A stretch of DNA of 64,000 nt. Source: Cetorhinus maximus (taxonomy: Eukaryota). Within the stretch, counting starts at the first letter, position 1. Each line of letters starts with the position of its first letter. This document shows, piece after piece, positions 38,332 to 51,785 of this stretch. Below the pieces are notes generated by a model, which was given only the letters and a program-made list of their open reading frames with translations, had not been told where the DNA came from and did not search any database. The position numbers and the translations under genes were made by a program. Location: the NCBI RefSeq assembly GCF_964194155.1, contig NC_135900.1, positions 44,330,001 through 44,394,000 on the forward strand, read 5' to 3'.

Positions 38332-39069
38332 GTGCGTTTTCTGTGTGATCTTTTTTTTAAAACTGTGTTTTTTATGCAGATTTATAGTTTTTTGTCAGGA
38401 GCCTGATAAATATCTGGTAAATCACAATATTGAGAAGCATAAGGATTAGTCTAAACAGGTACTTCACGATTACAATATGGAACAACATGTTACTTATGTT
38501 GCTGAGGCCGAGGAAGTAAATAATCATTATTTCATTATGATAAATTATAATGTCGGGTTGGTATCTGGAGTTTTTCTCAATTATCTTGGAGAACAGAGAG
38601 AAGCTTAACAATTTCTTCCTTTTGAAATTTTACCTGCAATTAATGTTAAAACAAATTTCAAAATCCAGACCAGGACAATTTTCATTGTAACAAACAGAAG
38701 AAAAGTGCTTGACAAATGTCCATAGTTTAATTTACTTGTAAATACTGGACTCCATTTTCTATTGTCACTATGAGCTACCCATCTTTACTCAGGTAAATGA
38801 TTTCTTTGTAACCAGGGTTGTTTCGATTGTGTCTTCCAACTTGGGCTTCTTTGAGAATCAGGAATGGCACACGATTGAAGTTATTTCGAATTATAAATGT
38901 TTTATGCTAATAAGACCTGTTGATTATTCAGTGCAATTGGTAAACTAGGTTAATCCATTTGTGTTCCTGTTATATCAGCTGTTAGTCCATATTTTCAGGA
39001 TTTAAATATTACAGATTTGTTATTAATGTGGCTTTGCATGCATATTTTGTGACAGAGGCAGGCAGACAC

Positions 39070-39470
39070 ATAGAATGGTTACAGCATTGAAGGAGGCCAT
39101 TCAGTCTGTGATGTATGTGCGGCTCCCTGCAAGAGCAACTCAGCTAGTCCCACACCCCCACACTTTCCCCATAGCCCTGCAAATTTTTTCCCTTCAGGTG
39201 CTGATCCAATTCCCCTTTGAAAGCCACGATTGAATCTTCCTCTACCACACTCTCAGGCAGTGCATTGCAGATCCTAACCACTCACTAGTTCTTGATCCTT
39301 TGGGCAGTGGGAACAGTTTCTCCCTATCTACTCTGCCCCAACCCCACATGATTTTGAACACCTCTATCAAATCTCCTCTCAACTTTCTCTTCTCTAAGGA
39401 AAACAACTGCAACTTCTCCGGTCCATCCAAACAACTGAAGCCTCTCATCCTGGAACCATTCTCATAAATC
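39070..39470 (-). mobile_element. CR1 3' fragment
   Basis: ORF 39242: LFSLEKRKLRGDLIEVFKIM..VDREKLFPL. Confidence 0.8.
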
Positions 39471-39752
39471 TTTATGGCATTCGCCTACAAAATAACAGTG
39501 ACTGTGCTTTGAAGGAAATTCATTGGCTGTGAAGCAATAAGGATGGCCTAAGGACTTGAAAGATTTATATATCAGTTCTTTTTGATGCTAATTATAGAAG
39601 AGGGTTGTTGAGTGACATGCTGCATTTATTGAGCTCCATAAAAATGTCCTGTTGCTGGGAGGCACCTCGTTGCAGTATGATGTCCGCTTTTTAAATTTAT
39701 ATATGTATTTTAACCTTCAACACTTCTCGTTCTTGGTCGACGTTTCATGCAG

Positions 39753-39821
39753 TCATCGGATTACAGCCCAACTGACCAGGCTCATTGGATCCAAGCAGTG
39801 CCTTTGCTGGTTTGTCAACAA
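39753..39821 (+). CDS. FOXM1: Candidate FOXM1 cassette exon at the position of mammalian exon Va/A1
   Basis: tttcatgcag|TCA...CAA|gtaaga, 69 nt, phase 0/0, open: SSDYSPTDQAHWIQAVPLLVCQQ. Confidence 0.4.
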
Positions 39822-40224
39822 GTAAGACCCATGTGCTCTTGGTGGCATCTTCTCACCTCTTTGTGCTGATTTCTATTTAGGTGGGCCATGGAAGGGAGGC
39901 ATTACTTTTGGCGATATGTACTGGGATGTCAATAACCTCAGCTATTATTTCTCTTTAATGACTGAATTCAGTATTTAAAACAAGTATGCATTAATTAATT
40001 TACTTGTAGTCACTGGACTCTATGTTCTATTGTTGCTGTGAGCTATTCCTATCCATCCTTACAGGTAGATGATGTCTTCATAATCAGGGTTGTTTTGCTC
40101 TGTCTTTCGACTTCTCTGCGAAACAGAAATGGCACATGATTGTATCAACAAGACCAAAGTGTCAGGCCCACAAATGGGTGGGAAAGAATCAAGAGAAAGA
40201 AAATGAGCAGGGAAAAATGCTGAT

Positions 40225-40643
40225 TGATTGACGTCCCATCTACAAACATTCACTCCCTCCACTATTGACACACAGTGGCAGCAGTGCGTGCCATCTACAA
40301 GATGCACTGCAGGAACTCACCAAGCCTACTTAGGCAATAACTTCCAAACCCACAACCGCTACCATCTAGGACAAGGGCAGCAGATACATGGGAACACCAC
40401 CACCTGGAAGTTCCCCTCCAAGCCAGACACCATCCTGACTTGGAAATTTATCACCGTTCCTTCAGTGTCGCTGGGTCAAAATCCTAGAACTCCCTCCCTA
40501 ACAGCACTGTGGGTGTACCTACACCATATGGACTGCAGTGGTTCAAGAGGGCAGCTCACCACCACCTTCTCAAGGGCAATTAGAAATGAGCAATAAATGT
40601 TGGCTAGCCAGTGACACCCTCATCCCATGAGTGGGAAAAAAAT
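40225..40643 (+). mobile_element. CR1-like LINE 3' fragment
   Basis: Same family tail, ending in a poly-A tract. Confidence 0.85.
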
Positions 40644-41152
40644 AGAAACTGAGAATAAGAGAAGGGAAATGATGGATTAAAAATCCAAGAAAGCAAATGA
40701 GATTCAGGAAAGGGAATCTCATGAAAAGGACCCAGAGTACAGGAAGGAATTGGTGCAGAGAGTGTGGATCACAGAAACAAAAATATTAAGTAAGGAAAAA
40801 TGTTTGGAACATTTCCTTGGATTATATCCCATACATTTAAACAAATATAGTGACTAGTTGGTAAATAGTAGTTGGTAAATTATTGCCTGTAACTTGAAGA
40901 GTTTATGTAGTGTCATAAAATTAAAATGAATTGATCAGTGACATCTAAATCATGGATTCAGCTACAACTTTGTCTTCATTGGGATCTATTTTTTATCGTT
41001 TAGAAAGGGTTGCTGTATTATATCTTACCTTATAACACATCTTATTGTGCCTCTGCAGAAGAAATGTGCAGTGGTTATGGTATGTTTACTGATCTTGCAC
41101 ATATGAAAACATGCACTGTTTAATTTTTTTTGTTTAATTTGTTCAATTTTAG

Positions 41153-41210
41153 CAACAGAAGAGAACTGGTAACACTGAGCTGCCAAAGAACAATGTCGCT
41201 ATCAGCACAG
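41153..41210 (+). CDS. FOXM1: FOXM1 coding exon 5
   Basis: ttttag|QQKRTGNTELPKNNVAIST G|gtatgt; human counterpart QQKRPNPEL. Confidence 0.88.
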
Positions 41211-41390
41211 GTATGTGGTAGTTCTGTTAAAGGTCAACTTAACTTCGAAGTGCTGCAATTTCAATGTGTTCTTATAAGTTAATATCCAGGAAGTACATAC
41301 ACCTGCTGGAAAGGAGGGACTGTCTGACATTAGTCCTGAGCCATGTTTAATGATACCTTTTGCGGAGTCCTGGGAGTTGGGTATCTGCTT

Positions 41391-42523
41391 GTTTTTTTCT
41401 CACTCCTTCATGGGATGTGAGTGTCGCTGGCTAGGCCAGCATTTATTGCTCATCCCCAATTGCCCTTGAGAACGTGGCGGTGAGCTGCCTTCTTGAACCA
41501 CTGCAGTCCATGTGGTGTAGGCTCAAACATGGACAAAAGAACTTAACTCCCAAGGTGAGGTGAGAGTGACTGCCCTGGACATCAAGGCTATATTTGACTG
41601 AGTGTGGCATCAAGGAGCCCTAACAAAACTGAAGTCAACGGGAATCAGGGGGGAAACTCTCTACTAGTTGGAATCATACCTAGCACAAAGGAAGATGATT
41701 GTGGTTGTTGGAGGTCACTCATCTCAGCTCCAGGACATCGCTGCAGGAGTTCCTCAGGGTAGTGTCCTCAGCCCAACCATCTTCAGCTGATTCATCAATG
41801 ACCTTCCTTCCATCATAAGGTCAGAAGCGGTGATGTTCGCCGATGATTGCACAAGATTCAGCACCATTCTCAATTCCTCAGATACTGAAGCAGTCCATGT
41901 CCAAATGCAGGCAAGACCTGGACAATATCCAGGCTTGAGCTGACAAGTGGCAAGTAACGTTCACGAGAGAGAATCTAACCATCGCCCCTTGACTTTCAAT
42001 GGCATTACCATCACTGAATTCCCCCACTATCAACATCCTGGGGGTTACCATTGACCAGAAACTGAACTGAACGAGCCATATAAATACTGTGGCTACAAGA
42101 GCAGGTCTGAGGCTAGGAATCCTGCAACGTGTAACTCACCTCCTGACTGCCCAAAGCCTGTCCGCCATCTACAAGGCACAAGTCAGAAGTGTGATGGAAT
42201 ACTCCCCACTTGCCTGGATGAGTCAGCTCCCACAACACTCAAGAAGCTTGACACCGTCCAGGACAAAGCAGCCCGCTTGATTGGTATCACATCCACAAAC
42301 ATTCACTCCCTCCACCACCAGCCGCACAGTAGCAGCAGAGTGTCCCATCTACAAGATGCACTGCAGGAATTCACCAAGGCTCCTTAGACAGCACCTTCCG
42401 AACTCACGACCACTGCCATCGAGAAGGGCAAGGACAGCAGATAGATGAGTACACCACCACCTGGAAGCTCCTCTCCAAGCCACTCACCATCCTGACTTGG
42501 AAATATATTGCTGACCCTTCACA
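41391..42523. mobile_element. CR1-like LINE with an internal inversion (3' tail on - at 41391-41521, body on + at 41522-42523)
   Basis: Both parts match the intact copy at about 50655-51780, in opposite orientations. Confidence 0.85.
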
Positions 42524-43580
42524 GGGGATGCCATGGGCAGTCACTTTCACCTCACCAAGTCAAGTGACATAAGAGAACTAAAGAGAAAAAAAGTATTCCT
42601 TTAAACATGGCGGGTGAGCTGCTCATTTTGCCGCCCGCCCACCACCGATACTATAGGGTTGAGCTTGGGGGGGGGTGGGTGGGAAGGTAGTGGGATGGGC
42701 ACCCACCTTATTTTACATGCCCACCCTTCAGGAAACATGCCCACCGGGGCCACGTAAAATTCAGCCCAATGTCTCTTGGGCAAGTAATGCCTGTCCCAGA
42801 GCCACGTGGACAGATTGGAACCGGCTCATTCTGTGTTAAACAGCTGAATTATTTTTACTTAACCTCCTATTATCTGGCTTTGCCAAACTTCCAGTGTAGG
42901 GCTAAAACTCTACAGAATAGATCAACTCTGATTCCAATTCTGATTCCGCCCATTCCAATTCCAGCGCAATGTGTATGGATTCTTTGGCCTAAACCCAGTG
43001 CTGCAATCTCCAGCTTTTGTGTCCATACCAAACGGTGGAAAAGTGGGAAATTCTGACATTAAAATCTGGGTATGTTTTGGAGAATACCTGTAACCCACTT
43101 GAAGGAAGCCTCAGCAACAGGATAATTTATAATAATTAAAGGGAGGGTATTCATTTAAATTACCTCTTCATTCTAAACATTGAAAAACATGCTGGAGATT
43201 GCAGCACTGGGTTTATCCAGCAGGCCCATTAAAGTGTGACTCACCACATCCCCTCTAGCCTTTGATAACGATTAACATCTTTTTTACAATTTAGGAATTT
43301 GATCCTAATTCAGCTCTATCATCAGAGAATAAGGCTGGAAGCAGTAACTGAGTTAAACAGTGTTAGGACCTTAATACACTCAGTTGAAATAATATAATCA
43401 AGACATTCTCCCTCTCAATTAATGACTTCATCTGTTTTGATGCAAATTCACCTCTTTCACACTGCTGGGCCCTGCTTTGCTATTTCCTCCCCTACCTAAA
43501 GTCGTCTCCAATTTACACATCCTGAACCCCAAGAGTGAGATGTTGATCTCCAACATGTTTTCTCTGTTTTCTTTGCACAG

Positions 43581-43780
43581 AAGTTAATCTGAGAAAGATG
43601 AAGCCACTGTTGCCTCGGACTGACTCCTACCTGGTGCCCATTCAACTGCCGGTCACCTCCTCCCTCATCCTACAGCCATCCCCTCACATCACCCTGCCAA
43701 CAATCCAGGGGCACCCTTCCTCGGCCACAAGCAGCAGCGAGTTGGCCAGGAAGCGCAAGCGTGTTCGGATTGCACCAAAG
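43581..43780 (+). CDS. FOXM1: FOXM1 coding exon 6
   Basis: RKMKPLLPRTDSYLVPIQLPV...KRVRIAPK|gtaaga, phase 1 to 0. Confidence 0.95.
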
Positions 43781-43812
43781 GTAAGATATAGTTAGTTAGT
43801 TATAGGCATTCT

Positions 43813-46800
43813 AAGAACATAAGAACTAGGAGCAGGAGTAGGCAATTCAGCCCCTCGAGCCTTCCCCGCCATTCAATACGATCATGGCTGATCTCATTTC
43901 AGCCTCAACTCCAATTTCCCGCCCTCTCCCCATAACCTTTCAACCTGTTACTAATTAAAAATCTGTCTATCTCCTCCTTAAGTTTATTCGGCATCCTGGC
44001 ATCCACTGCACTCTGAGGTAGTGAATTCCACAGATTCACGACCCTTTGAGAAAAGTAATTCCTCCTCACCTCTGATTTAAATCTACCACCCCTTAGCCTA
44101 AAACTATGGCCTCTTGTTCTAGAATGCCCCACAAGGGGAAACATCCGCTCCACAGCTACTTTGTCTATCCACTTTAGCATCTTATATACCTCAATTAGAC
44201 CTCCTCTCATCCTTCTAAACTCTAGTGAGTATAGGCCTAAACTGCTCAATCTCTCCTCATAAGACAAGCCCCCGCATCTCTGGAATCAATCTAGTGAACA
44301 TCCTCTGAACCACCTCCAATGCAACTACATCCTTCCTCAAGCAGGGGGACCAAAACTGTGCACAGTACTCCAGGTGCATTCTGACCAATGCCTTGTTTAG
44401 TTGCAACAACACTCCCTATTTTTATACTCTATTCCTTTAGCAATAAATGCCAAAATTCCATTTGCCTTCCTTATTACCTGCTGTACCTGTATACTAGCTT
44501 TCAGTGATTCATGCACGAGGACACCCAGATGGCCTGATGGCCTACATCCCAGAGTCTTAACGGAAGTGGCAGCGGAGATAGTGGATGCATTGGTAATAAT
44601 ATTCCAAAATTCCCTGGATTCTGGAAAGGTTCCAGTGGATTAGAAAAATGCTAATATAACACCCTTATTCAAAAAGGAGGGGAGGCAGAAAGTAGGAAAC
44701 TATAGCCCAGTTAGTTTAATGTCTGTCATTGGGAAATTATATATCTCAATTAGACCTCCTCTCATTCTTCTAAACTCTAGTGAGTATAGGCCTAAACTGC
44801 TCAATCTCTCCTCATAAGACAAGCCCCCGCATCTCTAGAATCAATCTAGTCAACCACCTCTGTACTGCCTCCAATGCAACTACATCCTTCCTCAAGTAAG
44901 GGGACCAAAACTGTGCACAGTACTCCAGGTGCATTCTCACCAATGCATGGTATAGTTGCACTGAAGCATTCTGAAGTTTCTCTCCCATTAAATAAGTCGC
45001 CTTTTTATTCTTCCAACCAAAATGGATAACCTCACACTTATCCACGTTAAACTCCATCTTCCAAATTTTGGCCCATTTACCTAACTTGTCCATATCCATT
45101 TGTAAATTTCTTATTTTTTCATTGCAACATACTTTCCTACCTATTTTGGTGTCATCTGCAAATTTAGCTATCGTACCTTCTATCCCTGAATCCAAGTCAT
45201 TAATATAGATTGTAAATAGTTGGGGCCCGAGGTCCGAACCCTGTGGCACCCCACTAGTTACAGCTTGCCATCCAGAAAAAGACCCATTTATCCCAACTCT
45301 CTGCTTTCTGTTAGTTAGCCAATCCTCTATCCAAGCTAATATATTACCCCTAACTCCGTGTGATCTTATCTTGAGTATTAATCTTTTGTGTGGCACCTTA
45401 TCAAAGGCCTTCTGGAAGTTCAGATATACTACATCTACAGGGTCCCCATTATCCACTTTGCTTGTCACATCTTCAAAGAACTCTAGCAAATTAGTCAAAC
45501 ACGATTTACTCTTCATAAAACCATGCTAACTCTGATGGATTGCATTTTGACTTTCCAAATGCCCCATTAGTACTTCCTTAATAATGGATTCCAACAATTT
45601 CCCAATGACAGACATTAAACTAACTGGCCTATAGTTTCTTACTTTCTGCCTCCCCACCTTTTTGATTAAGGGTGTTATATTCGCATTTTTCTAATCCATT
45701 GGAACCTTTCCAGAATCCAGGGAATTTTGGAATATTATTACCAATGCATCCGCTATCTCCGCTGCCACTTCCCTTAAGACCCTGGGATGTAGCCATCAGG
45801 TCCTGGGGACTTGTCACCCTTTAATCCCAATAGTTTGCTCAGTACTTTTTCTCTAGTGATGGTGATTGTTCTAAGTTCCTCCTTCTCTATACCCTCTGCT
45901 CTACCTGTTACTATTGGGTTGGTACTAATATCCTTCACTGTGAAAACTGAGGCAAAATATTGATTAAGCATCTCTGCCATTTCTGCGTTCCCCATTATTA
46001 ACTCCCCAGTCTCATCCTCCAAAGGACCAACATTCACTTTAGCTACTCTCTTTCCTTTTATGTACTTGTAGAAGCTTTTGCTATCAGTTTTTACATTTTG
46101 CGCTAGTTTCCTTTCATAATTTACCTTTGCTCTTTTTATTATTTTTTTAGTAACCCTTTGTTGATCTTTAAAAGTTTCCCAATCTTCCAGCCTGCCACTG
46201 ACCTTTGCAATTTTGTATGCCTTAGTTTTTGCCTTTATGTTATCTTTAACTTCCTTGCTTAGCCATGGATGCTTTTTCCCCCTCTGACCATCTTTCTTCC
46301 TCTTTGGAATATATTTTACTTGGGAAGAATTGAATATCTCTTTAAATATCTGCCACTGTTCATCAACTATCCTACCTTGCAGTCTTCCTGCCCAGTCCAC
46401 TAGGGCCAAATCTGCCCTCATGCCTATGTAGTTACCTTTGTTTAACTCCAGAACACTAGTGTGGGACTCAAGTTTCTCACTCTCAAACTGAACTTGAAAT
46501 TCTAGCATGCTATGATCACTCTTCCCTAGAGGATCCTTTACTCTGAGATCATTAATTAATCCCATCTCATTACACAAAATGAAAGCCAGAATAGCCTGCT
46601 TCCTGGTTGGTTCCACAACATATTGCTCCAAGAAACAATCTCTAATACACTCTATGAACTCTCCCTCGAGGCTACCCTTGCCAATTTCATTAGTCCAGCC
46701 TATATGCATATTAAAATCACCCATGATTATTACCATGCCTTTCTACATGCTCCCAGTATTTTCTGGTCTATACTGTGCCCTACTGCTAACTACTGTTTGG

Positions 46801-47035
46801 GGACCTGTAAATTACTCCCAGCAGGGACTTCTTTCCCTTGCTATTTCTTATTTCTACCCAGAGTGACTCTACGTCTTGCTCTCCAGTGTCTATATCATTG
46901 CTCACTATAGCACTGATCTCTTCCTTTACTAACAAAGCTACACCACCTCCTTTTCCTTCCTGCCTATCCTTCCGAAACACTGACTACCCTTGGATATTCA
47001 ACTCCCATACCTGTTCTCCCTGTAACCATATCTCA
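43813..47035 (-). mobile_element. Relatively young CR1 LINE(s), rearranged (inverted segment 44531-44738 and a duplicated segment)
   Basis: Long ORF2 pieces (320 aa APE/tether, 234 aa RT with SCLTNLLEFF, FQKAFDKVPH, GVPQGS, FADDTK) and a CR1 3' end at 43813. Confidence 0.92.
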
Positions 47036-47863
47036 GTAAGCTACCCATGGATATAGCCTTCTCATACTGTCTGACACCAGTGCATCCAGTGCTAATGATG
47101 TTTACCAGTAGGAAATTTTAGAACTTTCCAAAAATTTGAAACGTTTTGTAGCCACCTCAGAAATTTCCCTTTGTATGAAATCTGTACTTGAAGGTTGCCA
47201 GCGCATCTGGACTCAAGTAACATTGATTGATAAAGTGCTCTAGCACTTGAAGCTTGTACTGCCAGCCTTTGGGTGATGCTGTATCATTGTGGTGTGCAGC
47301 TAAAATGATGGCCTGTCCATGATCTTCTGCCTGAAAAGCAATCTGCTCGGCAGTGTTAATTTACTAGCCCACAATGAAACAATGCAGCAGTACTGTAACC
47401 TTTGGATTGATGAGTCTTTCTTTGTTTTCTCTCTGCCTGTCCCAGCCTGATCAGCTGTCTAAGAACCAGGAGCCAGCATGCAGGGAAACTGAGTGTGCAC
47501 ATGCATCCTACTCCTGCTCACTAACACAGTGGGTTGGTACTTAGGCACTATACTGACAGCTCTTGATATCAGTTACACGTAGAGTGTGCATTGTGCACTA
47601 CTGCTTAGTTTCAATGCTCTGTTCTTGCTTCTCCAAAATGACAACTCTTTGTCAAACCCTTAGCCCTAAATAAGTTTGAAAAACTGTGCCTTTCTGTGGC
47701 GTTGAAGCTAAGTTCCTCACGTCACAGTTTGTTGAATTTTGGTTTTAGTTTTGGGACTGTCAAGTATTCCAATCATATTGCCACAGATGTGGGGTGAAGA
47801 TCTCAGTGAGGCCATGAGTGGTTCACAATGTTTAAAAATTGTGGCTTCCTACTATGTCGAAGA

Positions 47864-48370
47864 CATAAAGAAAATAAGAAATAGGAACTGGGGTAGACCG
47901 TTTCGCCCTATTCTGCCATTTAACAAGATCATGACTGATCTTCTGCCTCAACTTCACCTTTCCACACCATCCCTCTATCTTGAATGTACTCGACAACTGA
48001 GCATCCACAGCTCTCCGGGATAGAGAATTCCAAAGATTGACAACCCTTTGAGTGAAGAAATTTCTCCTCATCTCAGTCCTAAATAGCCAACCCCTTATTC
48101 TGAGACTGACCCCGTGGCCTAGATTCCTCAGCCGGGGGAAACATTTTCCCAGCATCTACCCTGTCAGAATTTTATAAGTTTCAATTAGATCATCTCTCAT
48201 TCTGCTACGCTTTAGGGAATATAGGCTAGTCTACTCATTCTCTCCTCAGGTCAGTCCTCTCATCCCAGGAACCAGTATGCACTCCCTCCAATATTACGAG
48301 TATGTCCTTCCTTGGATAAGGAGACCAAAACTGCACACAGTATTCCAGGTGTGGTCTCATCAATGCCCTG
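47864..48370 (-). mobile_element. CR1 3' fragment
   Basis: [14 protein letters not shown] and RRNFFTQRVVNLWNSL. Confidence 0.85.
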
Positions 48371-49039
48371 TATATGATTTGTGTGACCATAATAGTGCAG
48401 AGGGTTATGCAAGGGCTTTGTGACTTGAAAGGGAATATATAACTCTCCCTCAAGTGCCAAGTCTCACCCTTTATAACACAATTGCCTTTTCATAAAGCAA
48501 AGAAAGATTATTCGAATTCCTTCACTATAGTCCAATATTTATGTGACGGATAAACGGCCATAAGATTGATACAGATGAGTAAGGCATCAATGGCTCAATG
48601 CGGAACTTCCATTTAGAAAATATTCCATCATGCCTCCACCCCACTATTATTTTATGTTTCTTGAATGAATCTCGGCTTCGCCTTCAGTATTCAGAAGTCT
48701 GCATTCCAAGTGTTCATCGCAGGTTTACGCGATAAGCTCTTTATGACATCTCTTCTAAATTGTCCCTTCATCTGTTTTAGCTAATGTCCCTGTTCGACTA
48801 TCTGGGCACACTATGAAGTATTACTCGGAACTAACTTCATACAGTGTAATATTGTGTATATTTCCATAATGTGCCACCTTAATTGTTTCCCTTCGACCCT
48901 GAAGAACTCTAGATTTTGTCTGAAACTATCATTTGTAGAGACCTGAGAAGGAGGGAAAAACAATAAGTGTTTTCAAGTGAGCGACTGATCAACAGGTTTA
49001 AATGCCTTTCTGATTCTTAAAAAAAGAGGAAAGTGCATC

Positions 49040-51785
49040 TCTGGACCTACACCCAGCATCGACCTAGGCACTGGAAACGGCAACTGCAAACTCAGCCCTG
49101 TCGACCTGCAAAGTCCTTCTTATCAACATCTGGGGGCTTGTGCCAAAATTAGGAGAGCTGTCTCACGGACCAGTCAAGCAACAGCCTGACATAGTCATAC
49201 TCAGGGAATCAGACCTTAGATAGTGTGCCAAACACCACCATCAGCAGGACAGGCCCAGCAGAGGTGGGGGCACAGTGGTATACAGTTGGGGGTGGAGAGT
49301 GTTGCCCCGGTCCTCAACATCGACTCCAGACCCCATGAAGTCTCATGGCATCAGGTCAAACATGGGCAAGTAAACCTCCTGCTAATTACCACATACCGTC
49401 CCCTGACCCTCCACCCTAGCTGATGAATCGGTACCCCTCCATGTTGAACACCACTTGGAGGAAGCACTGAGGGTGACAAGGGTGTAGAATGTACTCTGGG
49501 TGGGGGACTTCAACGTCCATCACCAAGAGTGGCTCGGTAGTACCACTATCAACCGAGCTAGCTGAGTCCTAAAGGACATAGCTGCTGGACTGGCTCTGCA
49601 TCAGGTGGTGAAGGGGCGAACAAGAGGGGAAAACATACTTCCCCTCATCCTCACCAACCTGCCTGCCACAGACACACCTATCCATGGCAGTATCAGAAGG
49701 AGTGACCCCACCTCACAGTTCTTGTGGAGACGAAGTCCTGTCTTCACATTGAGGATCCCTCCGTCGTGTTGTGTGGCACTACCACAGTGCTAGATGGGAT
49801 AGATTTCGAACATACCTAGCAACTCAAGACTGGGAAGTCATGAGGTGTGATGGGCCATCAGCAGCAGCAGAATTGTGTACAACCACAATCTGTAACCTCA
49901 TGGCCTGGCATATCCCCTACTCTATCATTATCAAACCAGATTCAATGAAGAGTGCAGAAGGGTGAAGGTACAACGCAGGACTACTTGCGTGCCAAACAGC
50001 ATAAGCAGCAAGCGATAGATAGAGTTAAGTGATTCCACAACCAACATATCAAACCTAAGCACTGCCACATCCAATCGTGAACAGTGGTGGATAATTAAGC
50101 AACTCACTGGAGGAGGAGGCTCCACAAATATCCCCATCCTCAATGAAGGGGGAGTCCAGCACATCAGTGCAAAAGATAAGGCTGAAACATTTGCAACAAT
50201 CTTCAGCCAGAAGTACCGAGTGGATGATCCATCTTGGCCTGCACTGGAGGTCCCCAATATCACAGATGCCAAATTTTAGCCAATTCAATTCACTACACAT
50301 GATATCAAGAAATGGCTGAAGGCGCAGGATACTGTAAATACTGATAATCCGGCAATAATACTGAAGACTTGTGCTCCAGAACTTGCCACACCCCTAGTCA
50401 AGCTCTTCCAGTACAGCTACAGCATTGGCATTTACCTGGGAATGTGGAAAATTGCTCAGGTATGTCCTGTACACAAAAAGCAGGACAAATCCAACCTGGC
50501 CAATTACGCCTCATCAGTCTCCTCTTGATCATAAGGAAAATGATGGAAGGGGTCATCAACAGTGCTGTCAAGCGGCACTTGCTTTGCAATAACCTCAATA
50601 AAGCTCGGTTTGGGTTCCACCAGGTCACTCAGCTCCTGACCTCATTACAGCCTTGGTTCAAACATGGACAAAAGAGCTTAACTCCAGAGGTGAGGTGAGA
50701 GTGACTACCCTTGACATCAATACAGCATTTGACCGAGTGTGGCATCAAGGAGCACTGGCAAAACTGGAGTCAATGGGAATCAGGGGGAAAACTCTCCACT
50801 GGTCGGAGTCATATCTAACATCACTGCAAGAGTCCCTCAGGTTAGCGCCCTAGGCCCAACCATCTTCAGCTGCTCCATCAATGACCTTCCTTCCATCATA
50901 AGGTCAGAAGTGGTGATGTTCACCGACGATTGCACAATGTTCAGCACCACTTGTGAGTCCTAGGATACTGAAGCTCTCCACGTCCAAATACAGCAAGACC
51001 TGCACAATATCCAGGCTTGGGCTGACAAGTGGCAAGTAACATTCGCGCCACACAAGTGCCAGGCAATGACCATCCCAACAAGAGAGAATCTAACCATCTC
51101 CCCTTAACATTCAATGGCATTACCATCGCTGAATTCTCCACTATCAACATCCTGGGTGTTACCGTTGACCCGAAACGGAACTGGACTAGCCATATAAATA
51201 CTGTGGCTACAAGAGCAGGTCAGAGGCTAGGAATCCTATAGTGAGTAGCTCACCTCCTGACTCCCCAAAGCCTGTCCATCATCTACAAGGCACAAGTCAG
51301 GAGCCTAGATGAGTGCAGCTCCAACAGCACCCAAGAATCTTGACACCGTCCAGAACAAAGTAGCTTGCTTGATTGGCACCCCATGCACAAACATTCACTC
51401 CCTCCACCACCGCCGCACAGTGGCAGCAGTGTGTACCATCTACAAGATGCAGTGCAGGAACTCACCAATCCTCCTTAGACAGCATCTTCCAAACCCATGA
51501 CCACTACCACCTAGAAGGACAAAGGCAGCCGAAACATGGGAGCACCACACATGGAAATTCCCCTCCAAGCCACTCGCCATCCTGACTTGGTAATATATCG
51601 CTGTTCCTTCACTGTCGCTGGGTCAAAATCCTGGAACTCCCTCCCTAATAGCACTGTGGGTGTACCTACATGGACTGCAGCGGTTCAAGGAGGCAGCTCA
51701 CCACCACCTTCTCAAGGGCAATTAGGGATGGGCAATAAATGCTGGCCTAGCCATTGACACCCACATCCCATGAACGAATATATTT
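49040..51785 (+). mobile_element. CR1-like LINE copy (ORF2 nearly complete, decayed), same family as 27638-30772
   Basis: Colinear with the reverse complement of about 27640-30430. DINTAFDRVWHQG and LGPTIFSC..FTDDC. Confidence 0.88.
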
